Source: Octopus vulgaris (Eukaryota). From it: DNA of 64,000 nt. The position numbers and the translations under genes were made by a program. Under the pieces are notes generated by a model. It was not told the DNA's origin, did not search any database, and was given only the letters and a program-made list of their open reading frames with translations. Location: the NCBI GenBank assembly GCA_951406725.2, contig OX597816.1, positions 8,680,001 through 8,744,000 on the forward strand, read 5' to 3'. The number at the start of each line of letters is the position of its first letter. Position 1 is the first letter of the stretch. This document shows, one piece after another, positions 1-12,800 of the stretch.

Positions 1-1240
1 GTTGATAGTTTCCGCTACCTGGGTGACCAAGTTAGTAGTGGAGGTTAGCACGCCGGGCGAAATGCTTAGCGGTATTTTGTCTGCGTTACGTTGTGAGTTC
101 AAATTCCGCCGAGGTCGACTTTGCCTTTCATCCTTTCGGGGTCGATAAATTAAGTACCAGTTATGCACTGGGGTTGATGTAATCGACTTAATACCTATGT
201 CTGTCCTTGTTTGTCCCCTCTGTGTTTAGCCCCTTGTGGGTAATAAAGAAATAGGAGGTGGATGCTCAGAGAGTGTCACCACTAGAATACGAATAGCCTG
301 GGCAAAGTTTAGAAAGCTCCTACCCCTACTGGCGACAAAGGGTCTCTCGCTCAGAGTGAAAGGTAGATTGTATGATGCATGTGTGCAAACTGCCATGCTT
401 CACAGTAGTGAAACATGGGCCTTGACTGCAGAGGACATGCGTAGACTTGAAAGAAATGAAGCTAGCATGATCCGCTGGATGTGTAAAGAAGTGCCGCTCC
501 CAAACAGTTGAAGGTATCAGGGAGAGAGGTAGACCCAGGAAGACATGGGATGAGGTAGTCAAGAATGACCTCAGAGCGTTGGGCCTCATAGAGGCAATGG
601 CGAAGGACCGAGATCTCTGGAGATATGCTGTGACTGCAAAGACCCGGGCTGCTTCCTGCACCAGTTCTGCATAGCCGCTGCCCATTCAAAGTACCTTGGA
701 TTCCAGAACATCCCGCTGTGCTTGAGGAGACCTATTGAGTCAATTACATGAACATCGAAATAAATATCAATGGAAATAGTAGTTGTGATACTTGTGCCAG
801 TGGCACATAAAAAGCACCATCCGAACGTGGCCGATGCCAGCGCCGCGTTGACTGGCTTCTGTGCTGGTGGCACATAAAAAGCACCATCCGAACGTGGCCG
901 ATGCCAGCCCCGCGTTGACTGGCTTCTGTGCCGGCGGCACATAAAAAGCACCATCTGAATGTGGCCGATGCCAGCGCCACCTTGACTGACTTCCGTGTCA
1001 GTGGCACGTTAAAAGCACCAACTGATTGTGGCCGATGCCAGACTCCCCTGGCACCTGTGCTGGTGGCACGTAAAAAGCTCCCACTACACTCGCGGAGTGG
1101 TTGGCGTTAGGAAGGGCATCCAGCTGTAGAAACACTGCTAGATCAGACTGGAGACTGGTGCAGCCCCTGGCTTCCCAGACCCCGGTCAAACCGTCCAACC
1201 CGTGCTAGCGCGGAAAACGGACATTAAATTATGATGATGA
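1..1240 (+). mobile_element. RTE-clade LINE 3' fragment (degenerate ORF end, modular 3' UTR, (GAT)n tail), interrupted by a SINE at ~45-252
   Basis: VDSFRYLGDQVSSGG...RIRIAWAKFRKLLPLL...GRLYDACVQTAMLHSSETW...RGRPRKTWDEVV is a typical RTE C-terminus; it runs directly into GGCACGTAAAAAGCACC modules and a GGAAGGGCATCCAGCTGTAGAAA...(GAT)n tail. Confidence 0.8.
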
Positions 1241-1589
1241 TACCAAACCATCTGACATTGCCCATGGCTTTATGTTACAGACTTCCCATTTAAAATCATC
1301 TAAGTTAAAACTTTCCATTAAAATTTAATGTTAATTTATGTTGGCAACATCAACTTGAAGTTAATTCATTAAATTCTTTGTTATTTGATAAAAAGTTAAC
1401 GTGTAAAGTGAAACAATGAATTTCAATAGAAATGTGGTAACACAAGGGTCAAATACCTCAGTATTGTCTTAGAAACAAGATTGCTGATTAAATGCATAAA
1501 AGGATAAATTGTCTTCATTTAGAGCATGGACTAATGTCTTAGGATAACCTCTATGAAGACTGTTAAGCCATCATCATCATTGTCTTTTC

Positions 1590-2115
1590 TTGTCTTGAGA
1601 CAGCATTCACCCGGGGTGGGTTGAGCTGGCTTCATTTATCCTCAATGCTGCATCTCTCACAAACGCTGACCAGACCTGGCGATTTGAGGCTAACGACCGC
1701 GTGATCTCCAACCACTCCTTATTCCAGCGGTGAATGCCATAGATATGGGGTCTAGGTTGGGTTCCAGATCAGCCTTGACTGTCATCAGCCAGGTTTTTCA
1801 TTGTCCACTACATCACTTTCGCCAACCCTGAAGGGGAGCTCTGGGGCAATTGCTTTGTAGATGAATTCTCCTGGTTGGTGACGGAGGGCATGACCCAGCC
1901 AACGCAGCCAATGTCTCGTTAGAATGACTTGTCGGAGGGAGGTGATTCTGCACTGGTGTCGCACCGAATTGTTGGAGACAAAGTGATGCCATCGGACATG
2001 AAAGATGCGGCGTAGACAGAGGTGATCGAAGGATTCTAGTCGCTTAATATATTCCACCCTCATCGGCCATGACTCGCTGCTGTAAAGGAGAATTGTTCGC
2101 ACTAGGGAACTCATT
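1590..2115 (-). mobile_element. RTE-like LINE 3' fragment (second family)
   Basis: ORF 1785-2114: SLVRTILLYSSESW...LESFDHLCLRRIFHVRW...LRWLGHALR. Confidence 0.75.
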
Positions 2116-2599
2116 AACTTCTTTGGTTGAAGTTAATGAGTTGTTTAAGACAGCAAGCTGGCAGAATCATTAGCTCACTGGTCAAAATGCTTAGCACCAT
2201 TTCATTCGTCTTTATATTCTAAGTTGAAGTTGGTTGAAAAAAGAAATAGCAGTTATGCACCGAGGAGGTTGATGTGATCGACCTGACCCTCCCTTGTGTC
2301 AAAATTTGAAACTGAATTTAATGGGTTGTTTGTTGTGGAAGGGTATCCAGCTGTAGAAATCATGCTGAAGCATACACTGGAACACAGCACAGTCCTCTGG
2401 TTAGTTGGGTGGTCCTGTCAAACCATCCAATCCATGCCAATATCCAGGGTATCCACCCTCCCCCCAATGTACTCTTTAAATGACAATAAATGCATTGTTG
2501 ATTGTCTTAGAAACAAGATTGATGGTTAAATGCATAAATGGATAAATCATCTTCATTTAGAGCATGGTTTAATGTTCACATGTAACATTTCCAACGGAC

Positions 2600-3025
2600 T
2601 CCCTTCAAAATGCGACGGGTGCTTGATTTAGGGATTCCGCTCTCATGAGTCATTTGTCATACAGATTTTTGTGGGGAACAGTGAAGGATTTCCATCAATT
2701 CTTTTTCCTTTAGGACAATTCCTTTTCTCTTACTTTCTTGAATGTTCCTTATGGATGTCATGCACAGTTCCATCTGATTCAAACTTATCTTGGATGCGAG
2801 CAGTGTTGCATTGCACTGGTGGATCTTTCTGAAAATCACTTCAAATTGTCTTAGCACTTCCACGATGTTTCAATGCTTCCAAGTCGCACTTTTTCATGAA
2901 TTTTCTCCTTCAAATCTTTGTCATACTTCTGCCATTATTAGGATCAATTTGATCCAAAAAGAAATGAAAAATCCAGTGAGTTATGGAGAGTCAAAATGCG
3001 AGTACATTTTTTTGGCACACCCTGT
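2600..3025 (-). mobile_element. Tc1/mariner-like remnant (one TIR plus degenerate HTH region)
   Basis: TACAGGGTGTGCCAAAAA terminus on the minus strand at ~3025; decayed peptide RIQDKFESDGTVHDIHK. Confidence 0.45.
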
Positions 3026-3163
3026 AGAAGACAGACATTAAATGATGATGGTGATGATCCTTTTGATTGAAATTGCATTCAATATTTCGTTGCAGCCTAA
3101 AATGGCGAATGGACAGAATTGTTAGCACAGCAGGCAAAATGCATAATGGTATTTTGTATATTA

Positions 3164-3394
3164 AAGCAGCGAGCTGGCAGAAACGTTAACGCACCTGGCT
3201 AAATACTTAGCGGTATTTCGTCTGCCATTACGTTCTGAGTTCAATTTCCGCCGAAGTTGACTTTGCCTTTCATCCTTTCGGGGTCAATAAATTAAGTACC
3301 AGTTACGCACTGGGGTCGATGTAATCAACTTAATCCGTCTGTCTGTCCTAGTTTGTCCTCTCTGTGTTTAGCCCTTGTGGGTAGTAAAGAAATA
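3164..3394 (+). mobile_element. tRNA-headed SINE family A (Nin/Deu-domain-like core), inserted into an older copy of the same family
   Basis: GGCGAGCTGGCAGAAACGTTAGC A-box-like and GAGTTCAAATTCC B-box-like motifs; core GCCTTTCATCCTTTCGGGGTCGATAAATTAAGTACCAG; tail AAAGAAATA; duplicated flank GGTATTTTGT. Other copies at ~45, 4673, 8267, 9044, 9690(-), 15640, 30131, 30460(-), 32881(-), 42192, 43182, 47640(-), 60742(-), 62848. Confidence 0.85.
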
Positions 3395-3646
3395 GGTATT
3401 TTGTTTGTCTTTATGTGCTGAGTTTAAATTTTGCTGAGGTTTTGCCTTTTAAACTTTTGTGATTGACTTTGCCTTTCTTCCTTTCAATAAAATGAGTACA
3501 GGGGTTGTCATTGACTTGCCCAGTCCCACCAAATTGCTGGCCCTGTACCAAAACTTGATAGCAATGCTTCATTGCAGCCTATTGAAAATGTATTTGTCTA
3601 ACAGCTTCTACTTGTTATCTTAGTAAAACTCAATTCTCTCTTACAG

Positions 3647-3858
3647 ATGACCGAAGATAGTGCAGGGGTGATAACAGTCACCTGTGGAAATTTGGTTGGT
3701 AAACTACATATGGAGAAATTTATTTGTCCTGGCATTCACCGAGAATGTATTGAGTATGAAGGCCGTTTTATCTCTCCGAAACTGTTTTCTGTCATGGGCG
3801 AGAAAGAAAAGCTTAAAGACTGGAAGAATGCTGTTCGAATGAATGGCATCCAACTCAG
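3647..3858 (+). CDS. GMEB1: GMEB-like coding exon (SAND domain N-part)
   Basis: Acceptor ttctctcttacAG|ATG at 3645-46; donor AG|GTATTT at 3859; contains KDWK; ends in phase 2. Confidence 0.92.
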
Positions 3859-6800
3859 GTATTTCATCTTTGATCTGTTTCATTAAAGTTTTTTATCACA
3901 GTTTTTACCTTATTTGGAATGGAGGCACCACCTTGAAGAATTTTTAGTCGAATGAACGAATCAAGTCCAGTACTTTTTTTTCAAAGCCTGGTACTTATTC
4001 TATCAGTCTCTTTTGCTGAAGCACTAAGTTACAGGACTATAAACACAAACACAATGGTCTTTCAGTTTCTGTCTACCAAATCCACTCACAAAGCTTTGGC
4101 CTGCCTGAGGCTATAGTAGAAGACACTTGTGCAAGGTGCCATGCAGTGGAACTGAACCCGGAACCATGTGGTTGGGAAGCAAGCTTCTTATCACACAGCC
4201 ACATGTTAATCTATTCTAAGAAATTTAATGATATGTTTTATCAATGCAGTGATGCTTCGTGTTTATAAACAAGCAAAATTTTGGGAAATTAAAGAATCTC
4301 TTTGTATAGAGTTTATTGATTTGTATACTTTGATGATACAAACAACACCTAATAGTCAAGACATCACTGTTACCATTTTTATGTCTCAAGCTGCCCCTCC
4401 ACTCCTGGTCCTCACTTACTACATTCACTTCTACCCCCATCACTACTCTTGCACATAGCTAAGTGGTTAGGGTGCTCAGCTTACGATTGTAAGCTTGTGA
4501 GTTTGATACCTGGCAGTATAGTGTTTCCTTGAGCAAGACACTTTACTCCATGTTGCTCCAGTCCACTCAGCTGGCAAAAATGAGCTGTAGCTGTAATTCA
4601 AAGGGCCAGCCTTGTCTCGTTCCATGTCGTACTGAATCTTCCGGAGAACTACATTAAGGGTACCTGTGTCTGTGGCGAGCTGGCAGAATCATTAACACGC
4701 CGGGTGAAATGCTTAGCGGTATTTTGTCTGCCGCAACGTTCTGAGTTCAAATTCCGCCGAGGTCGACTTTGCCTTTCATCCTTTCGGGGCCGATTAAATA
4801 AGTACCAGTAATGCACTGGGGTCTATCTAATCGACTTAATCCGTTTGTCTGTCCTTGCTTGTCCTCTCTGTGTTTAGCCCCTTGTGGGTAGTAAAGAAAT
4901 AGGTACCTGTGTCTGTGGAGTGCTCAGCATCTTACACATTATTATATTGTGTGTATGTGTTTATGTGTGTGTGTATCCTAGTCTTGACATCATGTGGTGT
5001 TTGTAGGAAAAGCATTAGGCTGTAGAAAATCTGCCTCAACAAATTCTGGGTACTACTAGCGAACAGTGGTCCCGGTGCGTGCACACGCGCATCTGCGCTA
5101 GCTAGTCGTAAGAAGTCGATCTTAAATCATTTTTAAAACTAAGTAAATAAATTATTTTTTATAAACAAACTAAGGTTAGGGTTAAAAAGTCGTTGTAGGA
5201 TCGACTACTTACGACTAGCCAGCGCAGATGCACGCACCGGGACCACTGTTCACTAGTAGTACCCAAATTCTGTTTGGCCCATTCAGGCTTGGAAAAGTAG
5301 ATGTTAAATAATAATAATGATGATGATAATACAAATGTATAAAGTGGTGTAGAGTTGTTCTAAATGTTTTCACTTTCATTCCCTTCAGGAAGTACATTGA
5401 ATCAGGACAGTTGGATTTTACTAATCACCAAGAGATGTGTACAGGTCGCTGTGTACCGCACGCACCCTTGAAGACAATGGTATTTGATGATGGCACTTTG
5501 GCCCCAATCTCAACTCTGCTGGCAGAGACTGGGATTAGCATTAAAGAAAACAATTATCTCTATGTTTCTGAACAGACTTCTGGCAAAATTGCTGAAGCAG
5601 TAGGAAGTCAGTATACATATGTTAATCAATCGCAAAATCAAGATGACCCCGATGTCAAACCAAGTGTACAGGTTCTGCATAGAGCTGTGACAGCTGAAAA
5701 CACTGAAGAACAACAACAACAACAGCAGCAACAACCACCTGATGGTATGTAATTTTCCATTTATTAACTAATGAACATCTATCCTTGTGCCTCTTAATCT
5801 TTCAAACGCTCAACTGGCACAAAGCCACTCCTGCTTCAATACGACTTCCCGTGTCCTCCAAGCCAAGAAGTTTTGCCTTGCAAATTGTTTGGTGACCCTG
5901 TTGGTGCTGGTGCCATGAAGGGCATCCAGCTGTAGAAACCATGCAAGAACAGACAATGGAGCCAACTCCTATCAAACTGCCCAACCCATTCCAGCATAGA
6001 AAAATGACATTAAATGATGATGATGATGATGATGATCACTTCTGGTTCCTTTTTATTAGGCAATCTACCATAGAACCTAACTCTTTCCTCTTTCTTTTTG
6101 TTTGTTTTGTTTTGTTTAAGCTCTGCTTCTTCTAGAAATTCACATCTTTTAATCTTTTACTTGTTTCGGTCATTGGACTGTGGCCATGTTGGGTTACTAC
6201 CTTAAAGGGTATTTTTAGTTGAACTAATTAACCCCAGTACTTTAATTCTTGTACTTATTCTATCGTTGACTCATGACAAACCACTTACAGGGATGTTAAC
6301 AAACCAACACTGGCTTTTAATGAGTGCTAGGGGACAAACACAAAGATGCACACACACACACATATATATTGGGTCATCCCATAAATAACACAGTTTTTTT
6401 CAATTGGATGAACTAAAAGTCGGAGGACAGGATAAACTACCTGCATCAACTTGCTATGAAAGCAGGTAGTAATTTTACCTTGTACTTATTCTTAGTGCAA
6501 GTTTTGAAGAGTGCAGTTCGATTTTAACAGTTACTTTTTCAAAGCTGTAATGGAAGTGACAAAGGGGCATATTTTGCTTTATGAGTTCAATAAAGGCAGC
6601 AGCACAATGGATAGTGCGAGGAATATTAATGCAGTCTAGGGGGATCAGACAGTAAGTGTAAGCCAGGGTCAACGGTGGTTCCAGAAATTCTGAGCCAGAA
6701 ACTACAGGCTAGAAGATGAGCATTGTCCTGGAAAATCTGTAGAGCTTAATGAGGACATCCTACAAACCTTGATGGAACAAAATCCCATTGTAACTGTTGG

Positions 6801-9800
6801 AGGAACTAGCAGAGAAGCTTGGATTTGTTCATTCAACCATTCATCGGCACCTGCTTGCCATGGGAAAAGTCAGTAAAGTGGGTCAATGGGTTCCTTACAA
6901 ACCTTCCGAGTCTAATTGTGTGCAGAGAGTGAATGTGTGTTCTTCTCTGCTGTCACGTCTCACGAATGAACCTTTTGGGGGCCAAATAGTGACTGGTGAC
7001 AAGAAATGGGTTCTCTATAAAAATGTCAACCGCCAAGAACAGTAGGTAGGGAAAGGAGAAACACCGGTACCCCAGGCTAAAGAAGGTCTGCACCCAAACC
7101 AAATGATAACAAAGGAGATCTACTGTGAGCAGCTTGAGTGGCTTAAATCAGCACTAGAAGGAAAACAACCATTTTTAGTTTCAAGACAAAAGGTGTTCTT
7201 CCATCGGGATAATGCTCGGCCACGTACAGGCTGGAGTAGTTTGAATGGGGAAACGATGCCCCACCCACCCACCCACTGTGTTTACTGGACATTGTCCCAT
7301 TTGATTATCATTTATTCTGCAGTCTTCAAAATCATTTGGACAGAAAAAATGTGAATTCTGTAGATAAGGTCAGAACAGCACTGGAATAGTATGTTTCATC
7401 ACGGACAAGTGGATTTTGGAAGAGGTGGGGGGCTGCAAGTCTACCATATAGATGGAAGAGTATTGTAGAAAATGAAAGAGAGTATATCTTAGATTAAAAA
7501 AAAAATTTGTCTATCTTAATTTTTGAAAAATAAAATAAATATAAAAAAACGCACATTATTTATGGGATGACCCAATACTTACATATATACTTAAACATGA
7601 ATATTGTGGACAGTGACTTCAAAGTTTTAGTCAGTCAAGCCATTGTTGTACTGTGATGCATTGAAGTTAATCTTGGCCTTATATAATCTCTGTTGGGCTA
7701 AAGTATTACTTGTGTGTGAGAGTGGGTTGGTAATTGGGTCTTAGAGTAGATTGTTATGGAGAGGTGTTTTGGGGAATTTTTTATTGATTAAATATTGGGG
7801 CTACGTTACTATTCAGAATGTATGTAGAACTTTGTAAGCCAGTGTGTATGTTTAGGTATGTCCCTTTGTTAGGTAGGCACAGAATGGGTCAGTAGTTTAG
7901 TTATTTTCGGTTTCTTTGGATTTAATCATTTGCTTTGACAATCTAAAGGTCAAAGGTACAATGTCCGATGTTTAAACCTTAATAACTGGATGTGTCAACT
8001 TTTTGTAATTGAATTTTTTTTTCAAAGTCACTTTCAATGATGTTCTTGTTTAAGAATAATTTTGTACTCTCTAAAAGTATACAATAACACATCAGATTAA
8101 TATAAAATTATTTTTATTATAACTAAACATAACATGGCAGTCCTGTAGAGGACGATGTTATTGTTATTTTATCCCCTGTAAAACATCAATTATTTAAGTA
8201 AAAAAATTGAAACGGAAAATGATTAACATTGTTATTCAATCAATATTCAGTTTGTATTAGTTTTAAAGGCGGCAAGCTGGCAGAAACGTTAGCACACCAG
8301 GCGAAATGCGTAGCTGTATTTCGTTTGGCATTATGTTCTGAGTTCAAATTCCGCCAAGGTCGACTTTATTTTTTCATCCTTTCGGGGTCGATAAACTAAG
8401 TACCAGTTACACACTGTGGTCGATGTAATCGACTTAATCCATTTGTCTGTCCTTGTTTGTCGCCTCTGTGTTTAGCTCCTTGTGGGTAGTAAAGAAATAG
8501 TATTAGTTTTAAATGAATGTGTTGCATGGTGTTAGAAATACAGCAACTCCTACCAGTTCTCGGTCCTATGTCATCTCTCTTTGAAGATCCATTATACTCA
8601 GGATGCCCTTCACCTTACCATAAACTGTTTCGAATATGCCTTCAACTGAATCTTTTGGTTAATTTAGAAGTGTCTTTTGGATTAACTCAGTCAATTCTGC
8701 GTCTCACATAAGCTAATACCTTTTTTTTATTTTTGTTTTGAAGTTTTTTAAAACTCTTTTTACAGCTTTTCAATTGCTTTTCTACATTATCCAGGACGCA
8801 GTGTATTTTTTTTATTCATTTATTTTCCAAATTTGAATGTGATGCAGTCACAGCCCTGTGGTTAAAAAGTTTGGTCCACAATCACAAAGTTCTGGGTTTA
8901 GCCTCATCAGTTGGTACATTGGACAAATACTTTTTTCAGGAAACCTTGGGTCAGTCCCTTGTGAGTCTACTTCGATGGGTTGAAACTGTGTAGAGCCAAT
9001 CAAATAATGTATTTTAATTACTAATTTACACTGGGTGTAGTTAAGGCAGTGAGCTAGCAGAAATGTTAGCACACCGGACGAAATGCGTAGCCGTATTTCG
9101 TCTGCCGTTATGTTGTGAGTTCAAATTCCGCCAAGGTTGACTTTGCCTTTCATCCTTTCGGGGTCGATAAATTAAGTACCAGTTGCGCACTGGGGTCAAT
9201 GTAATCGACTTAATCCCTTTGTCTGTCCTTGTTTGTCCCCTCTATGTTTAGCCCCTTGTGGGCAATAAAGAAATACATATTACACTGGGTGTAGGCGTGG
9301 CTGTGTGGTATGAAGTTTGCTTTCCAATCACAAGGTTCCAGGTTCACTCCCACTGTGTGGTACTTTGGACAGATGTCATCTTCTATAGCTTCAGCCTGAC
9401 TGAAACCCTGCTCTGGATGGACTGATTTAATAGATGGAAACTGAAAGAAGCCTGTTGTATCTATGTGTGTGTGTGTGTGTTTGTTACCCACCATCACTTG
9501 ACAACTGGTGTTGATTTGTTTGTCTCCATAACTGAGCAGTTCAGCAAAAGAACCGATGGAATAAGTACCAGGCTTAAGATGAAAAGTACTGGGGTCAAAC
9601 AAATGGACCCCAGCACTAAAATTTCTTCAAGGAGGTGCTTCAGCATGGCCACAGTCTAATAACTGAAACAAATAAAAGATAAAAGATATTCTTTTACTAC
9701 TCTAGGCACAAGGCCTGAAATTTTTTTGGGGAAGGGGGTCAGTCGATAAGATCGACCCTCAGTACACAACTGGTATTTAATTTATTGACCACGAAAGGAT

Positions 9801-12800
9801 GAAAGGCAAAGTTGACCTCGGTGGAATTTGAACTCAGAACATAAAGACATGAAAACTGCTAAGCATTTCCCCCAGGATGCTCACGTTTCTGCCAGCTTGC
9901 TGCCTCAAAAGATAAAAGATATTATCACGAGAATGGTTTCCTGCTGGGTTTTATTTATTTTCTTACAGTCTTTCCAAAAGTGAATTGTTTTAGCCTTCTG
10001 TTGAAAGGTTGTCCTTGAAGCATTTTTAACTGGATGTTTGTTGATTTTTGACAATAATGATTCAATTTTTTGATCCATGTGATTTCTTCTCCTTCACTTT
10101 GAATGGGTTTCCACTTGATAGATGGGTCTTCTCCCTGACTGTTCATTGAATTAACAGCCAAGTAGTGTTGGAGGCACAAAACAGCACTCAGTACACCAGT
10201 ACACACTGTAAAGTGGTTGGCATTAGGAAGGGCATTTGGCCAAAGAAGCTTTGCCAAAGCTGCAATTGAAGGGCAATGCAGCCCTGTGGCTTGCCAAATC
10301 CTGTTGAACCAACCACACACACGATGAGCTTCTTTCTGTGTCTGCCTATCAAATCCACTCACAAGGCACTTTTGTCAACCCTGGGTTATAGTAGAAGACA
10401 CTTGCCCAAGGTGCCCAACAGTGGAACTGAACCTAGAACCATGTGGTTGGGAAGCAAGCTTCTTATTCACACAACCACTCCTTTCTAGTTTCCATGAAGA
10501 TTATTTTCTTTACTTGTTTTATATATTTCACATCCTTAATTGAAGCAATTCCTAAAAATTCTTTGCAGCCCCTTGAAGCCTCAATCTTCAGGGCCTTGAG
10601 TTGTTTCTTGAATACAACATTTAAAGGAAGATATTTGGTTCCTTAGTTTGTTTGGTTTATCCTTTTGAAAAAGGTTTACTGTGGAATGTATTTTGAACAC
10701 TTCAGTTGCGGACACTTGACATTTCATGTCAGGTGCCAAATTAAATATTCTATACTTCAGTGCTGTGCTTATCTCGAAAACGTTTTTTATTTTAAGTCAA
10801 AATGAGTCTTTTTTGGATTTTATTTCTTTTTGCAGTTTTACAGACATTTCCTCGTGCTAGTTCTACTGGTGAGATGGCTTATGTTGGAGCACAGCCCGGT
10901 GGCTCTGGTAAGATTTGAGCTCACGACTGTGATCATCGCTCTAGTAGCTTAACCACATAGCCATTGTACTTCATCAACTAACAACTGTTCTTGTTTCATG
11001 AAATACTTACCAAGACACATTCTCACACTGATAAATAAACTCCTTAGTATCTCTGTTATTAATCACCATCATCATTTGGCACATGTAGTCGTGATCCCTG
11101 TGCCAGTGGCACGTAAAAAGCACCATCCAAACGTGACTGATGCCAGCGCCGCCTTGACTGGCTTCCGTGCCGGTGGCACGTAAAAAGCACCAACTGATTG
11201 TGGCCGTTGCCAGCCTTCCCTGGCACATAAAAATCACCCGCCTCACTCACAAAGTGATTGGCGTTAGTAAGGGCATCCAGCTGTAGAAACACTGACAGAT
11301 CAGACTGGACCCTGGTCGAACCGTCCAACCCGTGCTAGCATGGAAAACGGACGTTAAATGATGATGATGATGATGAAAAGCAATGACATTTGAACACCTG
11401 GAGGTTTGCTTTTCTATGTTAGTCTGTCTTACTGGCATTGACTAAGCTAAAGATATCTCAGTGGTTTTTGTATTGAGGGAAAATACTAATGAAAGCCAAA
11501 CGAACAAACTGAGTTGATTGGAGACAAATTAGAATGTCATCTTTGCCATCATCGTTTGCTTTCCATGCTGTCAGGAGTTAGAGGGGTTGCCACAGTTTGC
11601 AGAATTACTACCCTTTTTGACATAGTTGCAGGAAAGCACCTTGTTCTCGTATTTTGTACTGGCAAGGTATCTATGGTTGGGTGTACTTCAATCACTTTAC
11701 CGAATGTACTGGGTGCATTTTATCATGGTGCCAGCTCTAGGCAGGTTGTTATGTCCTCAGTAAGAATAAAGGGTCCTTTCAACCTTAGGATACCCCTGCT
11801 TGTTTACCAACCTCTTTGCAGAGTGAATGAGGTACAGTTTATGATGGCACCAGCACCAGTGAGGTTACCTCCTACTCAGCAAAACTGTTGCAAATCTCAG
11901 TTCTCTCTCCCTCTCCATATTTCTCTGCTTTTTTTTGTGCAACAAAGCAAACAACAAACATAATCTACAAAGTGTAGGAGGATTGATGGAAACAAACTAA
12001 TATAACATCACCATCATTGTCATCATCACTTTAACGTCTATTTTGTGACGTGTCTATGTCTGTGTCATTGTTTTGACATGTTGTGCTGTTGCAAATGAGC
12101 ATCGTTTTGGTAAAGTTTTTCCATGAAAAAATATCTGGCTATGGGTAGGTGCATGGCTTTGTGGTTAGGGTGTGGGATTCGTGATTGTAAGATTGTGGTT
12201 TCGATTCCTGGACCAGACAATGCATTGTGTTCTTGACCAAAATATTTCATTTTACGTTGCTCCGGTCAGCTGGCAGGAATGAGCAATCCTGTGGTGGACC
12301 ATAAGGAATATATTTGCCAGAGAAACTGGGAAACCAGTCCTATGCTCCTGACAGAGTAATATGGACTAACCGATGGGGAAATATTATGTTGCTTGGAAAC
12401 AGGTAAGGGTTGGCAACAGGAAGTGCACCCAGCCTTAGATTCTGCCTCAGTGAACTTCATCTAAAGCCCTCAGATGTCTTTATTCCTTACTCTTCGCTTA
12501 AAATACACTCAAAATAATTTCATTACATTCAATCTCTTTTTTCCTTTTCTTTTTGTAATCACCAGGCAGGTCTGTGTGGTTAGGAAGTGTGCTTTGCAAG
12601 TGTGTGATCTCAGGTTCAATTCCAGTGCACAACACCTTAGTTTAATTGTCGTCCACCACAGCCTCTGGTCAACGAAGTGAAAGTGCGTGGCTTCATGGTT
12701 AAAGTTTTCGGCTGACAATCGTAAGGTCATGAGTTCAATATCCAGCACCACATTGTATCCTTAGGCAAGACACTTTATTTCACATTGCTCCAATCCATTC

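Noticed and set aside
790-1085. CRISPR-like array (constant GGCACGTAAAAAGCACC with variable linkers; also 36500-36770)
   Set aside because: The linkers are homologous to each other, there are no cas genes, the context is eukaryotic, and the array is part of a LINE 3' UTR.
11514-11963. 149-aa intronic ORF as an extra exon
   Set aside because: Overlaps decayed repeat sequence and has no GMEB-like content or clear splice signals.
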